DNA of 64,000 bases, from the IMG/VR virus record IMGVR_UViG_3300036773_000146, positions 1 through 64,000 of that record. The stretch is one strand, 5' to 3'. Source of the stretch: a virus. The position numbers were made by a program, and so were the translations under genes. Of the stretch, positions 53,129 to 61,667 are shown in pieces (position 1 is the stretch's first letter; each line of letters starts with the position of its first letter). The notes beneath the pieces are model-generated. The model had not been told where the DNA came from. It ran no database searches and worked only from the letters and a program-made list of their open reading frames with translations.

Positions 53129-53692
53129 TCAGGCGGGGGTCTGGTCGGCGAGCTGGCGCACGCCGTTGCGCACGGTGCTGTAGTCGCCGCGCCAGTAGGA
53201 CGAGCGCTCGGGCAGAGTCTCCCGCTGATCGCGGACGGTCTCGTCCATGCTCGCCTCACGGCGGACCTCGGCCTCCAGGCGTGCCTCGAACTCCGGCGAC
53301 AGCGCGCGGTTCTCGTGGATGTAGCCCGCGCCCATGTGGACCAGCTCGACCTCGTCGCAGCAGGGCGCGAACTCGGGGCCGGTCTCGCAGAACTTGTCGC
53401 CACCGTGGGTCTCGGCGGTCTGGACGCCGTGCTTCTCGCACCACCACTGGTTCGAGCTGTAGGAGCAGTCACTCAGGCCCTCGAAGCGCGCCGAGCCGAA
53501 CGCGTGGGTGATCTTCTTGACCTGGTCCTCGGTGGGGCCGTCGGTCCAGTTGACCGCGACCGAGCTGCCACCCGCGTACCGGTCGATGCGGACCGAGAAG
53601 AACCGCGCGGGCAGCTGCGGGAAGGCCAGCTTCAACTGACGGCGCATGAGCTTCGCGACCTCGGCGGTGTCGATGTGGCGGGCGTTCGACAT
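53129..53692 (-). CDS. LPD29-like domain protein
   Basis: EVAKLMRRQLKLAFP...FSVR...YAGGSSV.V.WTDGPT...V..I; start motif at 53698. Confidence 0.75.
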   Translation of the reverse strand: MSNARHIDTAEVAKLMRRQLKLAFPQLPARFFSVRIDRYAGGSSVAVNWTDGPTEDQVKKITHAFGSARFEGLSDCSYSSNQWWCEKHGVQTAETHGGDKFCETGPEFAPCCDEVELVHMGAGYIHENRALSPEFEARLEAEVRREASMDETVRDQRETLPERSSYWRGDYSTVRNGVRQLADQTPA

Positions 53693-53728
53693 GGTGTCCT
53701 CCGGTGCGGGGTGATCCCTGACTGACAA

Positions 53729-53762
53729 GACCCACACTACCCGTTCGAGTAGTGTGGGTCAA
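53729..53762 (-). promoter_or_regulatory. Promoter within an extended inverted repeat
   Basis: TTGACC-N17-TAGTGT; arms GACCCACA/TGTGGGTC. Confidence 0.85.
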
Positions 53763-53766
53763 GGAG

Positions 53767-54519
53767 TCAGCCGATCTGCTTGCGAGCACCACCGACACGG
53801 GTCGTGCCGATGTCGGCACGCTGACCGGCGTCGCCACCGCGTCCGTAGGCGGTGCCGTTGGCGACCCGGCGGTTGGCGGTGCTCACCTGAGGGAACGCAG
53901 TCACGAACATGGACTGCACCCGCTTGGTGCGGTCGACGACCACGAGGGCGGTGCTGACCTGGTGGCTGGCCTCGTAGTCCTGCCGGGCCCGGGCGGTGGC
54001 CTCGTACAGGCGCTTGCCGATGACCACGCTGAAGCCCTGCAAAAAGCTCTTGGTGTAGCTCACCCGGACCGAGCCCTTCTCGGCACCGGTCAGCCACGAC
54101 CAGGAGGGTGTGATCGTGGAGCCGGAGGTCCGGGCCACTTCACCGAAGGCCTGCAACAGCAGCGACGTCCACAGCATCTCGACCCGGTCCAGGTCGGCGG
54201 GGAACCCGACGATGTGCACGGTTGCCGAGCGGGTGATCCGCACCGTCTTGCAGCCCAGGCCCTCGGCCGTGTACTGCAACAGGAACTGCTTGTCGACCCG
54301 GTACGGGTTGGGCACGTGGAAGGTGCGCTGCTCGGGCTCCTCACGCTTGTGCCCGGCGGCGGCCACCATGGCCTCGTCGATGCCATGGGTGACCATCAGG
54401 GAGATGGCCTTGTTCCGGTAGTTCTCGGCGGCCTCGGTGTTGCCCTGCGTGGCCAGCGACTCGGCGGTGTCGAGCAGGCTCCGGACCTTGGCGAGCTTCG
54501 GGTTGGTGGCATCAGTCAT
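53767..54519 (-). CDS. DUF2786-domain protein
   Basis: KLAKVRSLL..AES...A...KA..LM..HGIDEAM; SFLQGF; G...G..AD motifs. Confidence 0.8.
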   Translation of the reverse strand: MTDATNPKLAKVRSLLDTAESLATQGNTEAAENYRNKAISLMVTHGIDEAMVAAAGHKREEPEQRTFHVPNPYRVDKQFLLQYTAEGLGCKTVRITRSATVHIVGFPADLDRVEMLWTSLLLQAFGEVARTSGSTITPSWSWLTGAEKGSVRVSYTKSFLQGFSVVIGKRLYEATARARQDYEASHQVSTALVVVDRTKRVQSMFVTAFPQVSTANRRVANGTAYGRGGDAGQRADIGTTRVGGARKQIG

Positions 54520-54767
54520 GCGGTCATCCTCCAGTGCGGATGTGATCGGTGGTCAGGCGCAGAGCGGGCAGAGGTACAGCTCAGCCTGATAGCGGAGCGA
54601 CTCCGCGTGCCACACGGTCCGGCAGGAGTCACAGGTATCCGGGGTGACGTCCAGGCACTCGATGCTGATGACGCGACCGTGGTCGGTGGTGATCTGGTCG
54701 ATCCGGATGGCTGCGGCCGTGTTGCTCACGAGAAACCTCCAGTGCGGCTCGGTTGGTGACACCACTG

Positions 54768-54796
54768 ACACTACCCGTTCGGGTAAGATGAGTCAA
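54768..54796 (-). promoter_or_regulatory. Palindrome-containing promoter
   Basis: TTGACT-N17-TAGTGT. Confidence 0.8.
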
Positions 54797-55101
54797 GAAG
54801 GTCAGAGAACGATGTCGCCGTGGTGGTCGCCGAGCTGGATGACGATCGCGCCGGGCGCGACGTTCCCCACGACGTTGATCACGTCGGCGGTGAGGTCGTT
54901 GGCTCGCAGCTCGGTGCCGCCCACGTAGTCCACGGCCCCGGACTCGATCAGCTCACGCCGGATGACGGTGTCCTGCGGCTGCTCGCCGTCCTCGACGAGG
55001 GAGCGCAGCGCGGCCCGTGCGGCGGGGGTGAGGTTGATGTTCACGACATCCTCCTGGAACGAGAGACGGCGGAGCGTCGATCGACGCTCCGCCGGGATGG
55101 A

Positions 55102-55449
55102 TCAGTAGGTGATCGAGCCGCCGTCCATGCCGACCGGCATAACTCCGACCTTGGCCAGGCGGCGCGCCTCGTCGGCGTCCTCGGCGTACTCCCAGCCCTC
55201 GACCTCGCACACATCGGCGTGCACGTGCTCGTGACCGGCCTCGCAGACATAAGCCCGACCGTCGTCCCACGCCAGAGCGTCGCACTCGCGGACGATGCGG
55301 CGGCCGTCCTCGTCGGTCACGAAGCCCCAGCCATCACGCACCTCGTACTGCCAGCCGCAGGGATAAGCCTCTCCGGCATAACAGCGCCGAACGGCCTCGA
55401 CGGAGTGGTGGGTCTTCTTGCAGTTCCCGCAAGTGATGGTGCTCGACAT
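55102..55449 (-). CDS. Cys/His-rich hypothetical protein
   Basis: CGNC...H...VRRC; start motif at 55455. Confidence 0.7.
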   Translation of the reverse strand: MSSTITCGNCKKTHHSVEAVRRCYAGEAYPCGWQYEVRDGWGFVTDEDGRRIVRECDALAWDDGRAYVCEAGHEHVHADVCEVEGWEYAEDADEARRLAKVGVMPVGMDGGSITY

Positions 55450-55484
55450 GAATGCCTCCGGTGCGGCTCGTGCTGACGTCGCCG

Positions 55485-55513
55485 ACACTACCTACCCGAT
55501 CAGGTAGTGTCAA
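55485..55513 (-). promoter_or_regulatory. Palindrome-containing promoter (consensus -35)
   Basis: TTGACA-N17-TAGTGT; the palindrome is shifted to fill the spacer. Confidence 0.8.
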
Positions 55514-56109
55514 CCCCGGGAGGCAGACCACCTGTCAAGAGCCTGCCAGAGAGCCATCTCTCGGCCCCAGGTGGTGTCGATGACGTCCAGCGTGGCCGCC
55601 TGGTCGAGGTCGCGCACGGCCGCCGAGGAGACGTGCTGGAGCATGGTTTCCGTGGTCCAGCGGCCGCCGGTGACCACCACGCCGTCTTCCTTGGTCAGCG
55701 GCTCGTGATGGACCAGGCTGTCCAGGACAAGCATTCCGGCGCCCTCCAGGTGACGCCGAAACTCCAGCAGCTCCGTGCGCGCCAGGTACCCGCTGACGAA
55801 CGCGCGCTGCTCAACCAGGGTGTCGTTGATCCACCAGCGGCCGCCGGGCTGACTCTGGTCGGTGAAGAAGCCAGCCTCGTTGGCCCGCGCCAAATACGGC
55901 AGCAGGGACGTCGTCTCGTGATCCGGCACGTCGTACCCGCTCGGATGCGCCCCCAGCTCACCCCGAGCCCAGCGGGCGCCGCGCTCACTCAGCTCGGGCA
56001 AGGTACGGGCCCGGCACCACTCCCGGCGCAAACCTGCGTAGTAACGCATGTCATCGACCCCGACGACATCGAGCACATACCTGATCTTCCTCTTGAGCAT
56101 CGACAACAT
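55510..56109 (-). CDS. DUF6919-like protein
   Basis: LARAN.AGFFT..SQPG...QRA.V.G...D..WGR motifs. Confidence 0.6.
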   Translation of the reverse strand: MLSMLKRKIRYVLDVVGVDDMRYYAGLRREWCRARTLPELSERGARWARGELGAHPSGYDVPDHETTSLLPYLARANEAGFFTDQSQPGGRWWINDTLVEQRAFVSGYLARTELLEFRRHLEGAGMLVLDSLVHHEPLTKEDGVVVTGGRWTTETMLQHVSSAAVRDLDQAATLDVIDTTWGREMALWQALDRWSASRG

Positions 56110-56525
56110 CAGTCCTCCTGTGCGTAGATCTTCAACTGGTCTTCCAGAGCGTGCGCGACGCTGCGGCCGCTACCGATGATCAGCGCCTTGGCCTCGTCGT
56201 AGGGATCACGCGGCACCCAGAAGCGCACGCGGGTGCGCTTGGTCTTCGGTCGGAACGGCGGGCGCCGGGCCGGATCGCGATGGGGATCGGGCAGAGCCAG
56301 CACGGCCGCCCGGAACAGGGCCATGCGGCACACGGCGGTGAAGTCCACGCACTCGGCCTGGGCGATGGCCTGGGCCCGCTCGACGACGGCCAAGGCAATC
56401 TCCATGTCCGCCTCGAACGTAGGCAGCGACGGGTCGAGACCGTGGGCGGCGAGGATCTGCCGGAAGCTGGCCTGGATCCGCGCGATCTCCGCGTACCCGG
56501 CCGCGTAGCCCTCGACCCGACTCAC
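56109..56525 (-). CDS. Possible ribbon-helix-helix DNA-binding protein
   Basis: C-terminal RVRFWVP...Y..AK....GRSVAHAL...L..Y pattern. Confidence 0.45.
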   Translation of the reverse strand: MSRVEGYAAGYAEIARIQASFRQILAAHGLDPSLPTFEADMEIALAVVERAQAIAQAECVDFTAVCRMALFRAAVLALPDPHRDPARRPPFRPKTKRTRVRFWVPRDPYDEAKALIIGSGRSVAHALEDQLKIYAQED

Positions 56526-56953
56526 TCCCCCTCGACTTCGGCGGGCACGGGAGCATCCAGCTGGACCAGGTCCACCAGCGGCCAGTCGTCGGAGTAGACG
56601 CCGTACATGTCGTGGCGCTTCTCGTGGGCCAGCACCTCCAGCCTGGCGCGCGTGAGCGGGTAGGTCACGAAGTCCACGCTCACGCCGCTGCCGAACACCG
56701 CGCGCCACTGCTCCTTGTCGTCGTGGGTGTAGGCGGCCCGCCACTTCACCGGCTGGCGGGTGACCGGCCGGGTCGGGTAGGCGACCCGGCCGCTGTGCAC
56801 CGGCTTGCCGTCGGCGTCCTGGCCCCATTCGAGCTTGCCGTGGCGGATCTGCTTCACCGGCCGGTTGGCGGCTCGGTCCGCCGTCTTGTCCAGCGCGCGG
56901 AACACGCCGCGCAGGGCCCGGCCGAGCCGCCGCGTCCACTTGCCCTTCGCCAT
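56522..56953 (-). CDS. Hypothetical protein
   Basis: AGGAGG RBS; divergent from the TraB operon. Confidence 0.65.
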   Translation of the reverse strand: MAKGKWTRRLGRALRGVFRALDKTADRAANRPVKQIRHGKLEWGQDADGKPVHSGRVAYPTRPVTRQPVKWRAAYTHDDKEQWRAVFGSGVSVDFVTYPLTRARLEVLAHEKRHDMYGVYSDDWPLVDLVQLDAPVPAEVEGE

Positions 56954-57022
56954 GGCTACCTCCTGAGGATCAAACGTGAGGGTAGGTTACCCCATAGCCT
57001 ACGGGGGCAGTACCATACGGTC

Positions 57023-57295
57023 ATGACCTACGACTCTGAGCGTGATGACGCCCCCAGCTACGAGGGCGAGGTGACCGAGGAATCAACCCGGCTCCGGCCC
57101 CGTACGTGGGCTGCGCTGATCGCGCTCGGGGCCGAAGGCATCTCCCTGCTGATGGGCAACTACCTGATCTCCGTCGGCCTGATCGTCTGCTACGTGGCCT
57201 GGATGTTCCTGCGGGACGCCCTGCGCCGCCGACGGCGAAACCGGGACTGGAACACCGTGGCCAACAACGTGATGGAGGGGGACGAGATCCGATGA
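57023..57295 (+). CDS. Small 2-TM membrane protein (first gene of the TraB-like operon, probably leaderless)
   Basis: TACCAT-N6-ATG; two hydrophobic segments; ATGA overlap with the next gene. Confidence 0.7.
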   Translation: MTYDSERDDAPSYEGEVTEESTRLRPRTWAALIALGAEGISLLMGNYLISVGLIVCYVAWMFLRDALRRRRRNRDWNTVANNVMEGDEIR

Positions 57296-58044
57296 CCGAG
57301 CACCAGAACCAGGCGGCCAACCTGCCCGGTGCCAAGGGCGTCGCGTGGGTGTGCTTTCTATTCGGCACGGTCGTGAGCGTGGCGTTCAACGTCATGGACT
57401 CGTTCATCCCGCCGGTCGGCGCACCTGCTGGCTGGACGCCAGGCCTGTGGGTGATCGTGTTCGCCGCGACGTGGCCCCTAGCACTGATCGGCTCGGTTGA
57501 GCTGCTGGCCCGGCTGGGCTGGAGCGACACCATCTTCGCCAAGATCGTGCGCTACGGGGTGATGAGCGCCGTGGCGGTCTTCGCGGCCGTTATCTCCTAC
57601 CAGCACATCCGCGAAGTCCTGCTCTCCTGGCGCTACAACGAGCTGTCCGCGAACGTCGGCCCGCTCGTCATCGACGGCCTGATGATCCTGGCTGGTTACG
57701 CCATGGTCATGGGGTCGAAGAACGGCGAGGCCAAGCCCTCACCGAAGACCTCTACCCAGGCCGCGCCGGAGCTTCCGGCCAAGTCCGAGCCGGGTCCGGC
57801 TCTGGGCGACATGCTGAAGCCCCTTCCGGTCCAGAAACCGCCGGTGCGCAACCGGACCAACGGGATCAAGCCCGCCCAGGCTCGCCGATCGGCTGGGCCC
57901 AGTACTCAAGACATCGTCAGCACCCTGCGCAAGCGCGGAGACGTCCCCACCAAGCGGGCGATCGTCGCTGAGTTCGGCGTGGGCTCGCTGAAAGCCCAAG
58001 AAGCTCGCAATCTGCTCAAGAGCGACGAAAAGGAGGAATTGTGA
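57292..58044 (+). CDS. DUF2637/Spd-like multi-TM membrane protein with a C-terminal HTH-like tail
   Basis: 3-4 TM helices, A..ISY.HI...GPLVIDGL motif and a PTKRAI...GVG...A tail. Confidence 0.7.
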   Translation: MTEHQNQAANLPGAKGVAWVCFLFGTVVSVAFNVMDSFIPPVGAPAGWTPGLWVIVFAATWPLALIGSVELLARLGWSDTIFAKIVRYGVMSAVAVFAAVISYQHIREVLLSWRYNELSANVGPLVIDGLMILAGYAMVMGSKNGEAKPSPKTSTQAAPELPAKSEPGPALGDMLKPLPVQKPPVRNRTNGIKPAQARRSAGPSTQDIVSTLRKRGDVPTKRAIVAEFGVGSLKAQEARNLLKSDEKEEL

Positions 58045-60050
58045 GCAAAGGCAAGAACTCAGTTTTCGGCATCGCCACCGGCGTCGCTCTCTCCCAGGGC
58101 CTGCCCGGCTTCATGAAGACGTTCCGCCGGTGGTCCTTCCGGTTCCGGCGCGTGCTCACCCCGGTGTGGACGGCCTTCCTCGTCTACCTAGTCGCCGTCG
58201 TCTGGCGCTGGCAGATCCCGCAGTGGTGGCCGGTGGTCCTGGTGCTGCCGCTGCTCGGCGTGGGCCTGGCCTGGGGTGGCCCGCACCTGAGCGAGCGCTG
58301 GTCCCGGGTGGTGATGAAGCTGGTCCCCGACGGGCTCGACAAGGGCCAGGACGGCATCCTGGACCGGCTCACCGAGCGGCTGTACCTGGCCATCCTGCTG
58401 AGCTACACCGGCGCCTACCTGGCCGTGCGGATCGTAGGCGGCGCGAGCTACGTGTCCGGCCTGCTCTGGCAAATCGGGCTGGGTGCCTTCGGGGTGACCT
58501 ACTGGTACCACCGCCGGGTGCGCAGCTTGGGCAAGGCGAACAAGTACGTGAAGAAGTGGGCGCGCTTCGCCGACCGCGAGACCTGCCCGCCGACGCTGAT
58601 CTCGCTGGTCGGCTCGAAGGTCGTCAAGCACGACGTCTCGCCCAACGGCAAGGCGATCACCCTCACGATCAAGCTGGCCGAGGGCGTCACCGCCGACCGC
58701 ATCGGTCACATGGCCGAGTCGCTGGACTCCTATTTCAACCTGCGCAAGGGCGCCACGACCATCACCGAGTACAAGGACCAGTCCCGGTATGCGGTGGCGA
58801 AGTTCGTGCCGAAGGACCCGTGGGAGGACAAGATCGAGCACCCGCTGCCCGGTCCGGACAAGATCAGTCTGGCGAGCAGCGGCGGCCGATTCTCGATGGG
58901 CATCTATGCGAACAGCGACGAGCTGATCTACCAGCTTCAGCACACGCTGCTGTGCGGCACCAACGGCTCGGGCAAGTCCGGCTGGCTGCACTCGCTGATC
59001 GCCTGGCTGGTCCCGTGCCGGGATGTGGTCCTGCTGGGCATCGACATGGCCCAGGGGGCGACCCTGAACGTCTGGCGCAAGACGTTCGCCCTGCCGATCG
59101 CCACGGACGTGGACAGCGCTCTGATCATCCTGGAGAAGGTCTTCGCGGTGATCAAATATCGCGAGGGCGTGCTGAGCAAGGCGAGCGAGGAGGACGACGA
59201 CGCGGCCGACTCGTTCGTGCCGTCGAAGAAGACCCCGTGGATCGTGCTGATCATCGAGGAGTTCCCGGACCTACTGGCCGAGGCCAAGAACACCGAGCGG
59301 TACGACTCCAAGGGCAACGTGATCGGGAACATGTACGACCTGCTCGTGCTGCTGCTCGGCCGGATCGCGAAGAAGGCCCGTAAGTGCGGTATCCGGCTGG
59401 TCTTCGCGACCCAGAACGGGACCAAGGTCGACACGGGCTCGAAGGAGATGCAGGGCCAGCTGAAGGCCACCGTGGGCCTGCGTCTGGACCAGAACCAGTC
59501 GAAGAACCTGTGGGGCGGCGGCAGCTTCGCTGGGCCCGGCTGGAACTCCACCGATCTGGGCCTGGGCGAGTTCCTGCTCCGCGACGAGGACCACTCGGTT
59601 CCGGACAAGGCCAAGGGGTACTGGGTCGACAACGCGGCCCGCCGCAAGATGGTCTCCGACAACGTGGGCCCGAGCGGTACCCGCGAGGTCTACCTGGAGC
59701 CGGACGCATGGTCTCTGCTGATGAGCGAGACCATGGGCCTGGACGTGGAGGCCGACGTTCCCGAGGCCGAGCGGACCGAGGCCGACGATCGCCGGGACCG
59801 CGTCGTGCGATACCTGGAGGACCACTGGACCGAGTACCGCAACGGCGTGAAGGCCCAGACCATCAGTGACGACCTGGAGATCCCGACCTCCACGCTCTAC
59901 CGGGATCTGGACGTACTCCGGAGTGACGACCCGGGCCCGTGCCGGGTCCAGGTGCTGAAGAAGTGGTACTACCCGGCGGGGAAGGCTCCCACGGAGTCCG
60001 GCCCGGCCCCGGTCATGGCGTCCATCCAGGGCGAGCAGACCGGCGGCTGA
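58041..60050 (+). CDS. FtsK/SpoIIIE-family DNA translocase, actinomycete TraB-like
   Basis: N-terminal TM helices, Walker A GTNGSGKS, Walker B IIEE, RKCGI.L..ATQ and a C-terminal wHTH (ISDDLEIPTSTLYRDLDVL). Confidence 0.85.
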   Translation: MSKGKNSVFGIATGVALSQGLPGFMKTFRRWSFRFRRVLTPVWTAFLVYLVAVVWRWQIPQWWPVVLVLPLLGVGLAWGGPHLSERWSRVVMKLVPDGLDKGQDGILDRLTERLYLAILLSYTGAYLAVRIVGGASYVSGLLWQIGLGAFGVTYWYHRRVRSLGKANKYVKKWARFADRETCPPTLISLVGSKVVKHDVSPNGKAITLTIKLAEGVTADRIGHMAESLDSYFNLRKGATTITEYKDQSRYAVAKFVPKDPWEDKIEHPLPGPDKISLASSGGRFSMGIYANSDELIYQLQHTLLCGTNGSGKSGWLHSLIAWLVPCRDVVLLGIDMAQGATLNVWRKTFALPIATDVDSALIILEKVFAVIKYREGVLSKASEEDDDAADSFVPSKKTPWIVLIIEEFPDLLAEAKNTERYDSKGNVIGNMYDLLVLLLGRIAKKARKCGIRLVFATQNGTKVDTGSKEMQGQLKATVGLRLDQNQSKNLWGGGSFAGPGWNSTDLGLGEFLLRDEDHSVPDKAKGYWVDNAARRKMVSDNVGPSGTREVYLEPDAWSLLMSETMGLDVEADVPEAERTEADDRRDRVVRYLEDHWTEYRNGVKAQTISDDLEIPTSTLYRDLDVLRSDDPGPCRVQVLKKWYYPAGKAPTESGPAPVMASIQGEQTGG

Positions 60051-60346
60051 CCCCCGTCCGCACCGTCAGCGCCCCCACTCGCCTCGTGCGCGTGGGGGCG
60101 CACTCGTGTGCCCGTCCACCTGCGCGCCTGCGGCCCCGCGCGTTTACACACAGCGTTATGTATCACGGGTGTGCGAGCACCTAGCGCCACGCATTCTCAC
60201 GCTGGGTGCGCCCTCGCGCGTAACGTGCGCAGGCGCGCGAGAGGGAATCTTACCCCGAACGGCCCGATGATCATGTTTTCGCAGGTCACCCCACCTCTAT
60301 GGCCTTCTCCAGCGTCCTGCCCTTTTCCCACCGTTCCCACACGCCA

Positions 60347-60380
60347 GAAGGCCCCGATGGGAGTAGCCATCGGGGCCTTC
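60347..60380. terminator. Terminator hairpin
   Basis: GAAGGCCCCGATGG...CCATCGGGGCCTTC. Confidence 0.65.
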
Positions 60381-60593
60381 GTGGTGACGCTGTGTGAGGA
60401 GATCAGAGGGTGTGGGCGCCGCACGGGAAGAGCCGGGTGGGGTGCCAGACCTGCCAATGGCCGCCCTTGGCGATCCACAGGCCGTCGTCGCGGTGGCACA
60501 CGGGGCACCGCTGCTCGTGCCGTTCTACCGCCGCGACGAGGTCTCTCTCGGGGTCGGCGCTCATGGCAATGCCGTGGTCTTCGGTGGCGATGC

Positions 60594-60920
60594 TCATGCC
60601 CTCTCCGTCCAGTTCAGCTCGTAGCGCTCGGGCCCGGTCTGGTGCAGAGTCCCACCCAGGCCCAGCGCCGAGTCCGTCAGGCTCAGGACCGCCTCGGCCA
60701 GTCTCACCAGCGGTACCCGCTGCGGGTCCACGGGCACCTGGGCCCAGACGACCTGCGGGCCCGCGATCCCCAGGACCATGTCCGCCATGGTGTGGTACCG
60801 GAACATGGGACCGGAGTCGGGCTCGGTGTCCTCGTCGATGTCCCCGATGTACTCGCGCAGCTTCTGGTACCGCTGGGCCTCGGCGACTAACAGGACCCGG
60901 ATCGCATCGGGCTCGGACAT
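60594..60920 (-). CDS. Hypothetical protein
   Basis: GGAGGAG RBS. Confidence 0.65.
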   Translation of the reverse strand: MSEPDAIRVLLVAEAQRYQKLREYIGDIDEDTEPDSGPMFRYHTMADMVLGIAGPQVVWAQVPVDPQRVPLVRLAEAVLSLTDSALGLGGTLHQTGPERYELNWTERA

Positions 60921-60959
60921 GACGGATCTCCTCCAGGTAGGTCTTCTCAGTATGGGCCT

Positions 60960-61664
60960 TCAGGCCAGTACCGAGGCCAGTCCCACCCACCAGGGACCAC
61001 CCTGGGCCCAGACCGTGAGGGCACCCAGGACTCCGACGAGACCACCCAGGCCCAGGGTCACCGCGCCCTCGCCGATGTTGATCCAGGCCCACCGCGAGTG
61101 GTCCTTCAGGCGCTTGTTCTCGTGGTGGGCTCCGACGCGGAAACGGGCCCGGCGCGGTACCAGCCAGACCGGTCCCCAGCGCTTCTCGGCGCGCTTCCAG
61201 AAGGGCGCCCAGAACGGGATCCCGCCGAGGGTGATGGCGTCGCCCCACAGGTGCGCGAAGTGCCCCACCACGACCGCCAGGGCGGCCCACAGAGCCCACG
61301 CGGACGCCGGGGTGGCCAGGACGCCCAGGAAGGTCGTGAGGCCCATCAGGACGCCCCACAAGGCCGTGTGCGTCAGGGTCCGGTGGCCCGGGTACATGCC
61401 GCCCCGGTCCTTCGGCGTCTTGGTTGCCTCGTAGACGATGATGGAGAGCTTGTTGATCAGCCAGGCCAGGATCCAGGTGACCGGCCCCAGCAGCTTCGAG
61501 GCCTTGGCGCCCGGCATGTCGAGGTCCGGCAGGAGCGCGCCGATCCCGGCCACCGCGACGAAGGCCACCGTCACGAGGATGTTGTTACCCGACGGGTGCG
61601 GGATGACAGGGGCGACGGCGAGCGCGGCCGCGTACCCGGTGAGTTGATGTCCGGTGTGTTCGAT
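60960..61664 (-). CDS. YdjM-like membrane-bound metal-dependent hydrolase
   Basis: H..TG...LLPDLD...HRTLTH...H...D..T..G motifs; apparent ATC start (see findings). Confidence 0.8.
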   Translation of the reverse strand: MEHTGHQLTGYAAALAVAPVIPHPSGNNILVTVAFVAVAGIGALLPDLDMPGAKASKLLGPVTWILAWLINKLSIIVYEATKTPKDRGGMYPGHRTLTHTALWGVLMGLTTFLGVLATPASAWALWAALAVVVGHFAHLWGDAITLGGIPFWAPFWKRAEKRWGPVWLVPRRARFRVGAHHENKRLKDHSRWAWINIGEGAVTLGLGGLVGVLGALTVWAQGGPWWVGLASVLA

Positions 61665-61667
61665 GGT

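Noticed and set aside
61584-61600. TTACCCGACGGGTG palindrome-like site
   Set aside because: It is inside the hydrolase CDS, with the wrong spacing and no -35/-10 context.
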